Origin: Octopus vulgaris
Lineage: Eukaryota
Direction: 5' to 3'
NCBI GenBank assembly: GCA_951406725.2
Contig: OX597814.1
Span: forward strand, 199,082,001-199,146,000
DNA length: 64,000 bases
The position numbers and the translations under genes are program-made. This document shows positions 12,678-25,650 of this stretch, one piece after another. How positions within the stretch are numbered: position 1 is the stretch's first letter; the number at the start of each line of letters is the position of its first letter. The notes under the pieces were generated by a model. It was not told the origin of the DNA. It saw only the letters and a list, made by a program, of their open reading frames with translations, and ran no database searches.

Positions 12678-13125
12678 TTTTCATTAGTTTTGACTCTGTC
12701 CGTTATTTACACTGCGTTCCCTTTTGTTTGTTTGTGCGCTTGTGTGTGGGTCAGTGTGTGTGTGTGTGTGCCTGTGTGTGTGTGTGTGCCTATACATGCA
12801 TGCATGTACGTATGTATGTATGTATGTGTCTGTATGCATGCGTATATATGTATATATGTGTGTGTGTATGCATATGTATGTATTGTGTGCATCTATGTAC
12901 GTATCCTGCATATTTATGTGTTTGCATGTCCGTGTTTGTGTATTTTCTATGTATGTGTGTGAGCGTCTGTTTGTATATGTATGCACCTCTGCCTCCTTGA
13001 AATGTTTGCAGGACGCAACGAAAATTTTAGTAAAATAAAAATAAGAAATGAGTGGAAATTTTACCGGTGAGTGTGTTACATTATAAGGCACAAAAAGAAA
13101 GTGACTCTCCTCAGACACAACAGAA
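12678..13125. mobile_element. Rearranged third copy of the 8667-9305 HHR element
   Basis: Same arm sequences; HHR-like motif at 12997-13031 (+): TTGAAAT-GTTTGC-AGGAC-GCAAC-GAAAATTT-TAGT. Confidence 0.8.
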
Positions 13126-13747
13126 ACTGCAACATAATCACTATAACTTCTCAAACTCCATACCGTGATCAAGCGGCATTCAGCTTTAGTATCTTCGTTT
13201 ACTATTAAAATATCTTCTCTTCCTGTGACTGCTCTTCGCTGTGTAACACTTTCAAATAACCGGCAACTCGGTTTCTCTTTCTCACTTTCCAAAATTGAAT
13301 CTTCACTTCAAAACAAATTCATCTAAATAAATGAATAAACAGGTTTCAAGGAAACTGTCATTTCAAATTCATAATTATTAAACTTGCTTTTTTATGCACA
13401 GAAAATAAATACAGATATATAAATTTATAAATTTCAATAAAATAGTATCATGAAATATTTAATAACATTTTATATCAATTTTAAGCAAAGAATTGGAAAC
13501 TATGCTTTTTTAAATCCTTCTTCAAAATATCCATTACGAATATTTATTTGTGAATCTTGAAGATACGAAATTACAGAAAGAAAGCTAATTTTAAAACTCT
13601 AATTATTTTTAATGTAATATTGATTACTGGTTTAAAAGCAGCCTACATGATATTTTAATTTTCCTTGTGTTTTCTGCATTTTTGCAGTAACTACTAAAAA
13701 GAATATGAGTGATTACACGTTTCATGATTTTGTATTCTACATATGTG

Positions 13748-13828
<81 letters not shown>

Positions 13829-14280
13829 AAATTTTTGAATTTTAACATGAGTATCTAAAATGAATATAATTTGATACATTCTCATATAAATCAATGTCAG
13901 TGGTGGTAAATGTGTGTGTAAGTAGATGGCCACTCTCATTCTCCCCCTTTATATCTTTATACCTGTGTGTGTGTGCATGTCAATGCGTGTGTGTGTGTGT
14001 TTATATATACACATATATAAATACATGTATATACATATATATATACACACACACATACATATATTTATATATATATACATATATATACACACACACACAC
14101 ACATATATATAGATATATTTATATATATATTACATACATATACGCACACGCTCACACATATATATATATATATATATTTATAATGTATGGTGAACTTATG
14201 GAATGAAATTCCATAAATCCCATCAATTCTTTTTAAAATGGAGGAAACAAGTTGTTAAAATTTGTAAGAACTTTAATTCT

Positions 14281-14378
14281 TGCAGACGATCGTTTCGTAC
14301 ATAGATATAATAATAATAATATAAATTCATGAGGGAATTAAATTAAATTAATTAAACATCAACGTACTCTTCAATACA
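14281..14378 (-). ncRNA. Type I HHR (C3>U)
   Basis: Minus strand TGTA-TTGAAGA-GTAC..GTAC-GAAAC-GATC-GTC|TGCA; lies in the left arm (14180-14395) of an inverted repeat. Confidence 0.7.
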
Positions 14379-14728
14379 GGAAGGAAAGAAACCACAGAAG
14401 AAAAGATTCAATTTTATTTTGTACTCTTCTCTTTCTCCTCTCATTTATCTCCCCTACATTCAATTTTTCCTCTTATAAGCACAGCAAGTACATACTAAAT
14501 TTATTTGTAATATTAACAGTTGCTTTTTCTGTTTTTACTTATTCTTTCTACTCTATCAATAATACGTATTACCTAATATGATTTTTTATTCTAACATGAG
14601 TCCTTTATACACTCCACCTTCTATCTTTAATTCATTCTCATTCCTCTATTTCTTCTGCCATTTGTTTACCTTAACTATCTAATATTAGCTTCTCATATAC
14701 CACTTTCTCATGCTGAACTTCATTCTTA

Positions 14729-15141
14729 TACTCTTTACTCTTTTACTTGTTTCAGTCATTTGACTGCGGCCATGCTGGAGCACCGCCTTTAGTCGAGCAA
14801 ATCGACCCCGGGACTTATTCTTTGTAAGCCCAGTACTTATTCTATCGGTCACTTTTTGCCGAACCGCTAAGTGACGGGGACGTAAGCACACCAGCATTGG
14901 TTGTCAAGCAATGCTAGGGGTACAAACACAGACACACAAACACACACACATACATATATATATATACACACATATATACGACAGGCTTCTTTCAGTTTCC
15001 GTCTACCAAATCCACTCACAAGGCATTGGTCAGCCCGTGGCTATAGCAGAAGACACTTGCCCAAGATGCCACGCAGTGGGACTGAACCCGGAACCATGTG
15101 GTTGGTTAGCAAGCTACTTACCACACAGCCACTCCTGTGCC
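14729..15141 (-). mobile_element. SINE family A, full length
   Basis: Family match; inserted between two HHR-bearing arms. Confidence 0.9.
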
Positions 15142-15484
15142 TAGAATTTTTAAAAATACATGATACTACGTACTGATTTCAGTGGTTAGTTCTAATTTTC
15201 ATTTAAATTCTTTATTGTCTCCCCATTGGACATTTCTAATACTTATTTGCCCTACACTACTTATATGGAGCTATAATACTCATTTCCATACTCATCTATC
15301 GAGGGAGCGTCTCCGATACCTCTTTACTTATATCTTAAGATAACCGTTGAAGCCGTTAGTTATGGTTAAATATCGACATGACTCCCATCTCTTTCTCGCA
15401 CGGATACAAATATGAATCTCCTACATCCAGTTTTTCGGCTATATATTTTTTTTAAGCTCCTTGTATTATGGTTTCTTCCCTTCC

Positions 15485-15576
15485 TGAACTGAAGAGTACG
15501 CTGATATTCAATTAATTTGATTTAATTCAATTATGAATTTATAATATTATATCTATGTACGAAACTATCGTCTGCA
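15485..15576 (+). ncRNA. Type I HHR, core intact
   Basis: TGAA-CTGAAGA-GTAC..GTAC-GAAAC-TATC-GTC|TGCA; lies in the right arm (15468-15676). Confidence 0.7.
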
Positions 15577-16118
15577 AAATTAAACTAGTTGTAAATTTTA
15601 ACAACTTGTCTTCTCCAGTTTAAAAAAAAATGATGGCATTTATGAAACTTTATTCCATGAATTCACCATACATTATATACAAGTATTACTTTCATATCTT
15701 TGCAAATTTATGCCTGTAAGCTCCGAGCAAAGTATGAAGAATCAACACTAGAATTATTTTGGGAAACATCAAATTAAAGGACAAATCTACATATCCACAT
15801 TCAACCTTTATATATATATATATATATATATATAGTGAGAGAGAGAGAGAGAGAGAGAGATAGTTAGGTAGGTTATGAATCTCGAACTGGTATCAAGTAC
15901 AATATAACACAGAAAATGCTCGAAACATTTAATATGGAATCAATATTTTATTGACAGGTAATGCCTAACAACAGTACAGTTGTTTTAATGGGTTTCTGCA
16001 TCTCCTCAAAGGTAATAACAAATACATATGTATAAAATACAAACAAAGGCTTTTCTCTGGAAGTATTAATTGGAAAATGAAATAAAGATCAAGTCAATAA
16101 AGACCATAAACAGTATGA

Positions 16119-16154
<36 letters not shown>

Positions 16155-17525
16155 CAGTTTTAAAGAGAAATTTGAATAAATGAGAGGACAAATTGTTTAT
16201 GGAGATATAAAATTTTAAAATTTCATGAGATAAAATCCGCTCAAATATGGCGCAGATTTATAGCAAATTTAAATAATAGTGATCTCTATGCTGTAATTGA
16301 TAGCTTCCGGGAAGGCAAAGTGCTGAACTAGAGATGAATAAAATGGTTAATAACAGTTGTAAAATGCTTATGTAGTATGATGAGTAACTTTTATTATTTA
16401 TCGAAAAAGTGATTCAAATATTCATCGGATTCGATCAATAACATTTCTTAAATAAATTCAAAATATGCTAGAATAAAAAAAATGGTTAAGATATTCAATA
16501 AAATATTAACGTTTAATTAGACGTTGAATGGTAAATTAACAAAATAAAATAGTCGAAACATGATTGAAAGTGCTAGCGGCGGGCATAATGGGAGACTGCC
16601 GTATGTGTGTGCGTGTGTTATTGTTTGTATGTATGTGTATGGTGGTGTGAAAGTGTGGTAGTGTAATAGTGTTGGTTAGTGGGGATGAGAAGTGTTGGAT
16701 GTTGTGAAAACGTGTAAGGGAAAATATGAGAGCGTGGGCGACTGGGAGTAACGAAATGTCTAGCAAAATGATTGGCGAAAGCAAAATGGTGTTATGAAAA
16801 ATCTACAAAATAATGGTTATTGTTTCTGTGTAGGCTTAAAGATATAAATATATAAAATTCACGCCAAGACGAAAAGCGTAAGTTTATGAAAAAGAAAAAA
16901 GGAAGAGACAATCGCACTAAAAATGAATGGAATCAGAGAAACGAAATACGTGATTGAAAAGGTGTAGAAATATAAAACGAAAATTCAATAGAAAAAGTGA
17001 AAAAAGTGACCGGGGAAAATAAAAACGGCAATTAAAGAAAAAGAATACAATTTATCATCTTAGACGAACACTGTATCAAGAAAGGAAAACGAAATAAGAG
17101 CACCAAGAGAAAAAGGAAAGGTATACGCTTCCGAATTTACGACGTATGTGAATACTACGCCTTCCAAGTCAATAAGACTTCGCAAATTCAGTATCATAAA
17201 GATTTTCCGTTTTCTTCTTGACTCACTGGTTCCGTTTCCTTCTATTTGATAAAAACTATCAACAAAGGCACTAAATTCACTTCTAGTTTTTGCACTGACG
17301 AATCCATTTCCATGATACATTTCTTCCTTTCCGTCTTTCACTTGTCTAATACTAGTACTAAGTGTTACAATGTATCCTCATTGCTTCAAACTCTTATCGT
17401 TTTTTTTGTGAGATCTTTCTCTCTCTCTCCCTCTCTACACAATTACATATAGATATATATATACATACATGCATATATATATATATATATAAATCAAAAT
17501 AAAAAACAAGGATATCCAGAGGTAA

Positions 17526-17617
17526 TGCAGTACGATCGATCCATGCGACTCCATTTAATTGAACAATGCAATCATTTCATTACATCAATTTAAAATGTAG
17601 AGCAATCTTCAGCTGCA
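17526..17617 (-). ncRNA. Degenerate type I HHR
   Basis: Minus strand TGCAG-CTGAAGA-..-GGATC (expected GAAAC)-GATC-GTA|CTGCA; 5 bp stem I; lies between (TA)n runs. Confidence 0.45.
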
Positions 17618-18199
17618 CAAATACATAGAATTTAATTAAATTAAAAGGACACATTGATATAATTTTACCTAAAACCTCCAAGAGGATAAGAATATAGACG
17701 AAGAACATGTTTTAACAACAACATCATAGTTGTAAATCATATATATATATATAAATAAAATCAAATGAATAATAACAGATGATGGATAATTGTCAGCTCA
17801 TTACAGCTGTCTCTTACACATTTAAATAGAAGAATGAGAACATTACTTCATTACAAAAGAGTTTAAATAATCATAGGGTTGGTTTATTTCTGTGTACACA
17901 ACTGGTATATCCTATTTGATACTTATCATCCATAGGCGGGAACCACAAGTTTATCCAACCCTACCTCGTTCATATCTTTTCAAGTAGCCGATTCTATCCG
18001 AATCCTAATTTTACTATATATATAAAAGTTGTGTGTGTGTGTGAATGTGCACCTATTAATGTGAAGGGATATTGCGGCACAGACATTAGGTTAGTTAAAA
18101 TATATCTGCGACATGTTTTAAATTCTATAGACATTTTCACATATATCGCTATAAAAAATTCTTGCTTATAGTTAAAGATGTCAAAATACCATAATCAGC

Positions 18200-18414
18200 T
18201 CTGTGGTTCCCTCTATTGAACACCAAGATTCATTACTTGCTTGTTATGCCTTCATCTGTAGGGAATACCAAAGAGAGTTAACCCTATGCTGACAGGAATC
18301 CGTAGCTTTATAATGAGTCAGTTAATACTAGTGACTAATTTGATCCGTCTCCCCTACAGATGAAAACATAACGAGCCGGAAATGCATCTAGGGGTCCAAT
18401 AGAGGGCGCCACGG
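18200..18414. mobile_element. Degenerate MITE-like inverted repeat
   Basis: Arms of about 65 bp: CCCTCTATTG..TTCATCTGTAGGG / CCCTACAGATGAA..CAATAGAGGG. Confidence 0.6.
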
Positions 18415-18808
18415 ACCTATATTTACACATTTTGTTATAAGCGATAATTTTTTCTCTGCAGTAAACTGCAGTAGAATTGCCTTTGGAAGTCAAAAGGTCC
18501 ACCTTTGAACTTGGGATGTAAAATTTTCTTCTACGGTCTCGAATTTAATATTTTCTTCTACCATAATGACGGAGACTCGATTTATCCAGTCTTGATTGCT
18601 TCCATTATGACATGTATATGTACTACTTCTACCAACATTATAATGTAGTACCGAGCCCCCAGTAACAGCTGTTGGGATCATAACACCTTATTTCCTCCTC
18701 TTTAAGTATCTCTGTTGTTTGTACTCTGTGTAAGTTGGGTCTATTAATATAAATATCTATATATCATATTTAAATTTTCATCGTCTGACAAACTACATTC
18801 TTTTTGTA

Positions 18809-18840
<32 letters not shown>

Positions 18841-18994
18841 TGAGGGAATACTATTCCAAACTTACAGGGAAAATTCAATTTAGAAATAATAAATCAAATT
18901 TCACAAAATATAATATATATATATATATATAAATTAGAAAAGGAATTTAATTTTTCATTATTGAATTGATAAAAGGTGTTTTATTTTCTCTCTC

Positions 18995-19401
18995 TCTCTT
19001 TACTCTTTTACTGGTTTCAGTCATTTGACTGCGGCCATGCTGGAGCAGCGCCTTTTGTCGAGCAAATCGACCCCGGGACTTATTTTTGTAAGCCCAGTAC
19101 TTATTCTATCGGTCTTTTTTGCCGAACCGCTAAGTGACGGGGACGTAAACACACCAGCATCGGTTGTCAAGCAATGCGAGGGGGACAAACACAGACACAC
19201 AAACACACACATACATATATATATATAAACATATATACGACAGGCTTCTTTCAGTTTCCGTCTACCAAATCCACTCACAAGGCATTGGTCGGCCCGGGGC
19301 TATAGCAGAAGACACTTGCCCAAGATTCCACGCAGTGAGACTGAACCCGGAACCTTGTGGTTGGTTAGCAAGCTACTTACCACACAGCCACTCCTGCGCC
19401 T
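18995..19401 (-). mobile_element. SINE family A, full length
   Basis: Family match. Confidence 0.9.
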
Positions 19402-19476
19402 ATTTTCTAATATATATATATATCGTTTTGCATGTATAGATATATACATATTTTGCATTTCATGCCCAAGCTATAC

Positions 19477-19524
<48 letters not shown>

Positions 19525-20220
19525 CGTTGTATAGTCTTTAACAAAATTTTGATTTTTTATGTTAGTCATTTTTACTCCGCATTTATTCTTTCTTTCTTGT
19601 CGTGTGTTTTTGGCTTACTTTTTTTCCAGAAATTTGTTTATTCTTCTTCCGTTACATTCCAATATCTGACTATAGTTATGACACGTCTGAAACCTTAAGA
19701 CATACTTTGGCAAACATTCAGTTAGTCATCCATAATCATATTTATCTTTTTTTGCCAAAACATTCTTTGATTTAAGAAAAATCAAGATGACGCTTGGCGC
19801 TTTCCGCACATCGATGGCATGCAAATGTATTTTGTAATGTGATATAACTTCTGTTTCTCGGGATTTGCAATTTACAAACCCCGGGTTTAATCTCCACAGC
19901 AATTTCTTTATTTACCAATTGATTTACTTTTCGTTGCCATTAGAAACGTTTACATCAATACATTTCAGTATAAATATTCATTTTGGTTGGCTGCATGATG
20001 GTACAAGTTCACCGGTTTTGTTAAAACATTTGTGTAAGAGGAATATTTCTCCTGATAAATATATCGATATATTTCACAGACCAGAAGATATAGGCATGCT
20101 GACAGAATATATGTGTGTGTGTGTCTATGAATCATATGTATGTATATGAGTTATAAAGGGAAAACTGCTTATTTTGTGTAAAACACAAAAGTGATCTATA
20201 AATAGTTTCATAAACGAGAG

Positions 20221-20282
<62 letters not shown>

Positions 20283-20595
20283 GTCACAAAATACAGTGTA
20301 CATTTAAACATATGAGGAATACACTTGTGGGATTCAACACGCTAGAAAGAACAGCTAGGTTCCATAACCACAAAATTAGGGATAAAATTCGACGGGAACG
20401 AAATTAAAAAATAAAAACATTTTACTATCTAGTTTCCTGGACCAATTGGTTTCTGATTTTAGTTTAACAAGTAAAATAACATATACTCGCTAGGTATATA
20501 TATATATATACAGAAAAAAACTCCATCGGGAATTGTGGCAGTATATTAAAAGAACCTTTACGGTTAAAAATTATAAATATCTTATAAGCAAGGGC

Positions 20596-20892
20596 TAAAG
20601 AAGGTTATTCTAAAGCCAATATACTGATAATCCACGTTTAATCTACTTGCTACAGAAAGTTAAACTGAAATTCGGGCAACTAAACCTTTGGAACCCTTAA
20701 ATTTCGTTATCTCAATATTGAATCAATTTCGGAATTAACCACATAAGGGTTCGTTCCGAAATTGATTCAATATTGAGATAACGAAATTTAAATGTTCCAA
20801 AGGTTTAGTTGCCCGAATTTTAGTTTAACTTTCTGTAGCAAGTAGATTAAACGTGGAATATCAGTATATTGGCTTTAGAATAACCTTCTTTA
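20596..20892. repeat. Near-perfect palindrome (arms about 139 bp, 19 nt spacer)
   Basis: 20596-20734 is the reverse complement of 20754-20892 with few mismatches. Confidence 0.95.
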
Positions 20893-20917
20893 AGATATAT
20901 ATATATATTGCTATATA

Positions 20918-20979
<62 letters not shown>

Positions 20980-21383
20980 TATTCTTTAACAAGAATAATA
21001 TTGACAGTGACTTTGGAATTTCGGTAAATCATTTGTTATAATATTCGTGCTTAAGATCCGGAGTTACGTGCAACATTGATTTCATTTGGGAGAGGGAGAT
21101 TTGCAAGGAGGAAATCCGTTCTCGTTCTCAGTAGAGACGATATTCTGGGAAAACATTGTTTAGAGCTTAGGGAATCATTGCTTCTACTATTTACTACTGC
21201 GACTGCTGCTACTGTTGCTGCTACTGATGATAGTGTAAGTAACCTCCTTTCCTCTTATGATTTTACCGAGTTTACAAATGCCGGGTTAAAAAGCTTCCTT
21301 TTAAGGTTGTCTGTTGTTTGCAATGATTATATTCTCTTTTTCACAATTCATAGTAAATATTTATTAAATCCATTAACATAGTA

Positions 21384-22043
21384 AATTTGGATTGTACCTC
21401 AATGTCAAGAAAACGACGATCAAGTCAACAGCAGCCACATCAAACATCAGCATCAAGATCGATAATGAAGAGATCGAAGTGGTTGATGATTTCATCTTCC
21501 TTGGTTCCAAAACAAATCGAGATGGTAACTGCACTCCAGAAATAAGGCAGCGGATAGTACTAGGCAGAGAGGCAATGGTCAGCATGAGCAAGGTCTGGAA
21601 GAGTAGAGACATCAGCCTCGCTACCAAATGCAGATTGGTGAATGCAATCGTCTTCCCAATAGCAACATATGGATGCGAGACCTGGACACTAAAGAAAGCT
21701 GACCAGAAGAGAATAAATGCATTCGAGCTTTGGTGTTGGAGAAGACTTTTACGGATTCTATGGTCAAGCCGAAAATGTCGCTAGAAGCTCGGATCACCAA
21801 CCATAGATTGGCATATTTTGGTCATATTGTGCGGGGAAAATACCTGGAGAAGGACAAGATGCTCGGAATGGTCAGTGGCAGGAGAGGAAGAGGCCAACCA
21901 AGAACCCGCTGACTTGACACCATCAAGAGTGACACGGGATGGCCATAGCCAATCTGAAAGAAGCGACCCAGGATAGAACTGGCTGGAGAACACTGATCCA
22001 TCGAGTTACCAAGAGTCGACTTCGACTGAACGGATAGAGAGAG
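21384..22043 (+). mobile_element. 5'-truncated RTE-clade LINE (RT C-terminus), frameshifted
   Basis: ORF 21392-21784 LNVKKT..FIFLGS..EIRQRI..VFPIATYGCETWTL..AFELWCWRRLLRI; (GA)n tail; 9 bp TSD AACATAGTA at 21375-21383 and 22044-22052. Confidence 0.92.
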
Positions 22044-22570
22044 AACATAGTAGTGAGAATCCTATTGCAAATCATCTTATTATTTAGTGAGTATTGCTCT
22101 CTTTCAGCTTCACAAATGTCGTTTGCATTTGTGGTGTATCTGCTGGGGGAAGGATTTATTATTCTGAGTAGGTCTTGTATAAAGGTAACCCTTGTTTCTT
22201 CCCATATATTATACTTTGAGAAATATCCTTATTTGAGATTTTCTTTTAAGGATGCTACTTTCCTGGAGCTAAGTTCAAAGTTATGTGCAGATGATTCATG
22301 AGGATTAGAATCATACTTTTACACTTTTTCTTCCTTTGATATCGTTCTCTTCATAGTTAGTGTTGAAGACCTGAAATCTTATTTGATTATTAAAGCATCA
22401 AAGTGCTAAATATCACAAAACAGTGTGGAAAAGGGAATAGATAAATGGTTGATCTCGGATGTGGAAGGATTGAGAGTCCAATATCTACATTAAAACTACA
22501 GGGGAGACAATAAATCTAATGGTATTGTAAAGGATTAGAATCCCTTCTCAAGTATGAATAAGTGTGGCAA

Positions 22571-22956
22571 AAGGCGGTTACCTGGCAGAAACGTTAGCAC
22601 GCTGGGCGAAATGCTTAGCGGTATTTCGTCTGCCGCTACGTCCTGAGTTCAAATTCCGCCGAGGTCCACTTTGCCTTTTATCCTTTCGGGGTCGATAAAT
22701 TAAGTACCAGTTACCGACTGGGGTCGATATAATCGACTTAATCCGTGTGTCTGTCCTTGTTTGTCCTCTCTGTGTTTAGCCCTTGTGGGTAGTAAAGAAA
22801 TAGTTATTTCGTCTGCCGCTACGTTCTGAGTTCAAATTCCGCCGAGGTCGACTTTGCCTTTCATTCTTTCGGGGTCGATTAAATAAGTACTAGTTACGCA
22901 CTGGGGTCGATATAATCGACTTAATCCCTTTGTCTGTCCTTGTTTGTCCCCTCTAT
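22571..22956 (+). mobile_element. SINE family B tandem (2 units)
   Basis: Second unit restarts at AAGAAATA|GTTATTTCGTCTG. Confidence 0.9.
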
Positions 22957-24232
22957 GTTGTAATGAAAAAATAAGAGTGGCAAAATTATTTCTGATGTTA
23001 GGGACAGTGGATGGTAAAAGCAGCAATGTGTCTTAAATCATTTAGGAATCTATTTTTTACATTGTGGGTTTAAACTACCAGGATTATTTGCCGTTCATTC
23101 GTCTGGGACGGATAACATATGTCACAGTTATATGCTGGAATTGATTCAATCGACTGTATTCTTTTAATATAAATGCGTGGCTTTATATTCAGCATAAGAT
23201 ATCCTAAACCCTATTCAGATTATAACTTTTTCCTTGCTATTATTTCATTACTGTTGTGTTTTAAGCGGATTTTTTCTAAGCCATAATGGTCTGAGTAAAA
23301 AACAACAAAACAATGTTTCATGCTTCAAATAAAATTCTGTTAGCTTTTACCAATTGTTTTCTCGGAGTTTAATTACAGGCGGGGATTTAGCACCACTAGT
23401 TGGCACCGTAGATGCTTTTAGCTAAGTTCACTGTGTTGCCAGCACTGACAGCCAAGCCATGGGTTTGAGGATCCATTCCTTTCCTCCTTTATACTACAGG
23501 TCTTGGAGGCCCTGTAATGGATCAAGAGTGTTACCTTCCCTAATGTCTAATCGATAAAAATAAAAGTAAAATTACGTGATTTCCGTGCTTCAGGGAACTT
23601 AGTTTATACACATGCTGGCTAATTTGATGTATAGAATTATTTCCCTTCACTAAGAAAATCTTAAATCAGCGCCCTTGTAGTAATACTGAGTGTATTTGAA
23701 CATGAATTGATGTATGTTTCTTATTAGCACTGCTAACGAACACTTATATATTACTTCTACTGAAAGCATCAGTCTATTCAAGAAGGAATTTTTTTTATGA
23801 ATAAAAATATACTGATGGAATAATCAGGATAACCATAACGCATGAAAGCAATTTTCAATGCAAACTTTATATATTCTATATTCTATATTTTTTTTCTAAC
23901 GAGACTTGACATTAATGCATCATTTTTCTTTATATAAAACGACATTTTCTGAGAGTGATTCTCGTTAATGACAACAATTATAATTGAAAATGAAATGAGA
24001 TGCTACCCAAATTCTTCTTCCGACGTCACTTCCCTCCCCATCACAATTAGTGCAAAAACTTGTCTGGCCAAGGAAAAAGCTTCGAGTGATTGTGTTACAT
24101 CCAAACAATAACAGCCAAACCTCTCTAACTACACAACCTTCCATTTGACAATATAAAGTACACATCATAAACACTTCGTATAAAATAATGACATGACAGT
24201 AATGGTTCCCATACCGCAACTACAACGTTTAA

Positions 24233-24622
24233 TATTTCTTTACTGCCCACAAGGGGCCAAACACGGAGAGGACAAACAAGGACAGACAAACGGATTAAGT
24301 CGATTATATCGACCATAGTGTGTAACTGGTACTTATTTAATCAACCCCGAAAGGATGAAAGGCAAAGTCGACCTCGGCGGAATTTGAACTCAGAACGTAA
24401 AGACAGACGAAATAGCTATTTCTTTACTACCCACAAGGGGCTAAACACAGAGAGGACAAACAAGGACAGACACACGGATTAAGTCGATTATATCGACCCC
24501 AGTGCGTAACTGGTACTTATTTTATCGACCCCGAAAGGATGAAAGGCAAAGTGGACCTCGGCGGAATTTGAACTCAGAACGAAGCGGCAGACGAAATACC
24601 GCTAAGCATTTCGCCCGGCGTG
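24233..24622 (-). mobile_element. SINE family B tandem (2 units)
   Basis: Same architecture on the minus strand. Confidence 0.9.
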
Positions 24623-25032
24623 CAACACAGCCACTTACCTCAATGATTCCCCTTCCATTAACATCTACGTATACACTCCAATGTTATTGATTATCCTTAG
24701 CAAATGTGTTACGTTTTTGACCCTGACACTAATTTACTTTCCACTCTTACATCCAAATTAGATTACCCTTACATCTAAATTAGATGACCCTTGCGGGGAA
24801 GGGACCATATAAGTTTTTGCTGCTAAAGTTTATGTGCAATAAATTGGTTATACTTCTACAATATACAGAATATTTAAACACATTTTAAAAACTACAATTC
24901 CTAATATTTAATTATGAAAATATAATAGGATTTTTTAAAACGATCAAATTGCTTTGGGGGTCCAGTAAAGTAAATAGGAATCAGAGGTCTACAGGCAAAA
25001 AATGGTTGAGAACCACAGTCATTGCACTTGAC

Positions 25033-25650
25033 CAGCGCTTCTTAAATTATGGGTCACGACCCCATTTGGAATCGTAAAAATTATTTTATAAATATATTGT
25101 TCAACAAAAACATAAATGATTCATGTATTTATTTGAGTCTTATTTCATATTTAGGTAGTGGGTAGCGATTTTTCTTCACTACTTCAGGGAGTGACGACCC
25201 TGCCTGGCACAAGTCCCAGGCTCAGCTGGCTCCGGCTGACAGTACCCGGTATGGGCCCCTATCCAGGGTTACGGAAAGGAGACAACCTTCAAAGAAATCC
25301 GGACTGGAGCCCCATAGGCGGTTTAGTGTTTGACTCGACACTCTTCCGGCAGTTCCTGCAACCAAGCTGGTGCCAGACGTAATGCTCTGTACTCCTTTGG
25401 ATTACGTCAGCAAGGTCGAGAGATGAATCCTGACGATTGGGCTACTCAGGATTTTCTCACATCTAGCCCAGGCCTGCACAAAACTGGAGAGGAAACTGGA
25501 GAGGACATTAAATGTAAAATCCAGACTGGATTAGTTTATGCGCAACTCCATTGTCTCCCGAGACATGCCAACAATTCATATTTAATACCTGGGGCCGCAA
25601 AAATCTCGTGATGAAAAATGGTGTCATGAAAAAAGTTTAAGAAGAGCTAC
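25033..25650. mobile_element. Degenerate hAT-like MITE interrupted by a GC-richer insert (about 25185-25570)
   Basis: Ends CAGCGCTTCTTAAATT / AAGTTTAAGAAGAGCTA; a similar end GGTTGAGAACCACAG sits just upstream. Confidence 0.4.

Noticed and set aside
15971-16012. Minus-strand TTGAGGA-GATG..CATT-AAAACAACTGTA as an HHR
   Set aside because: Three or more core or stem mismatches and no stem I; possibly a relic but not supportable alone.
17060-17341. 93 aa minus-strand ORF as a host coding exon
   Set aside because: No recognisable domain or convincing splice sites.
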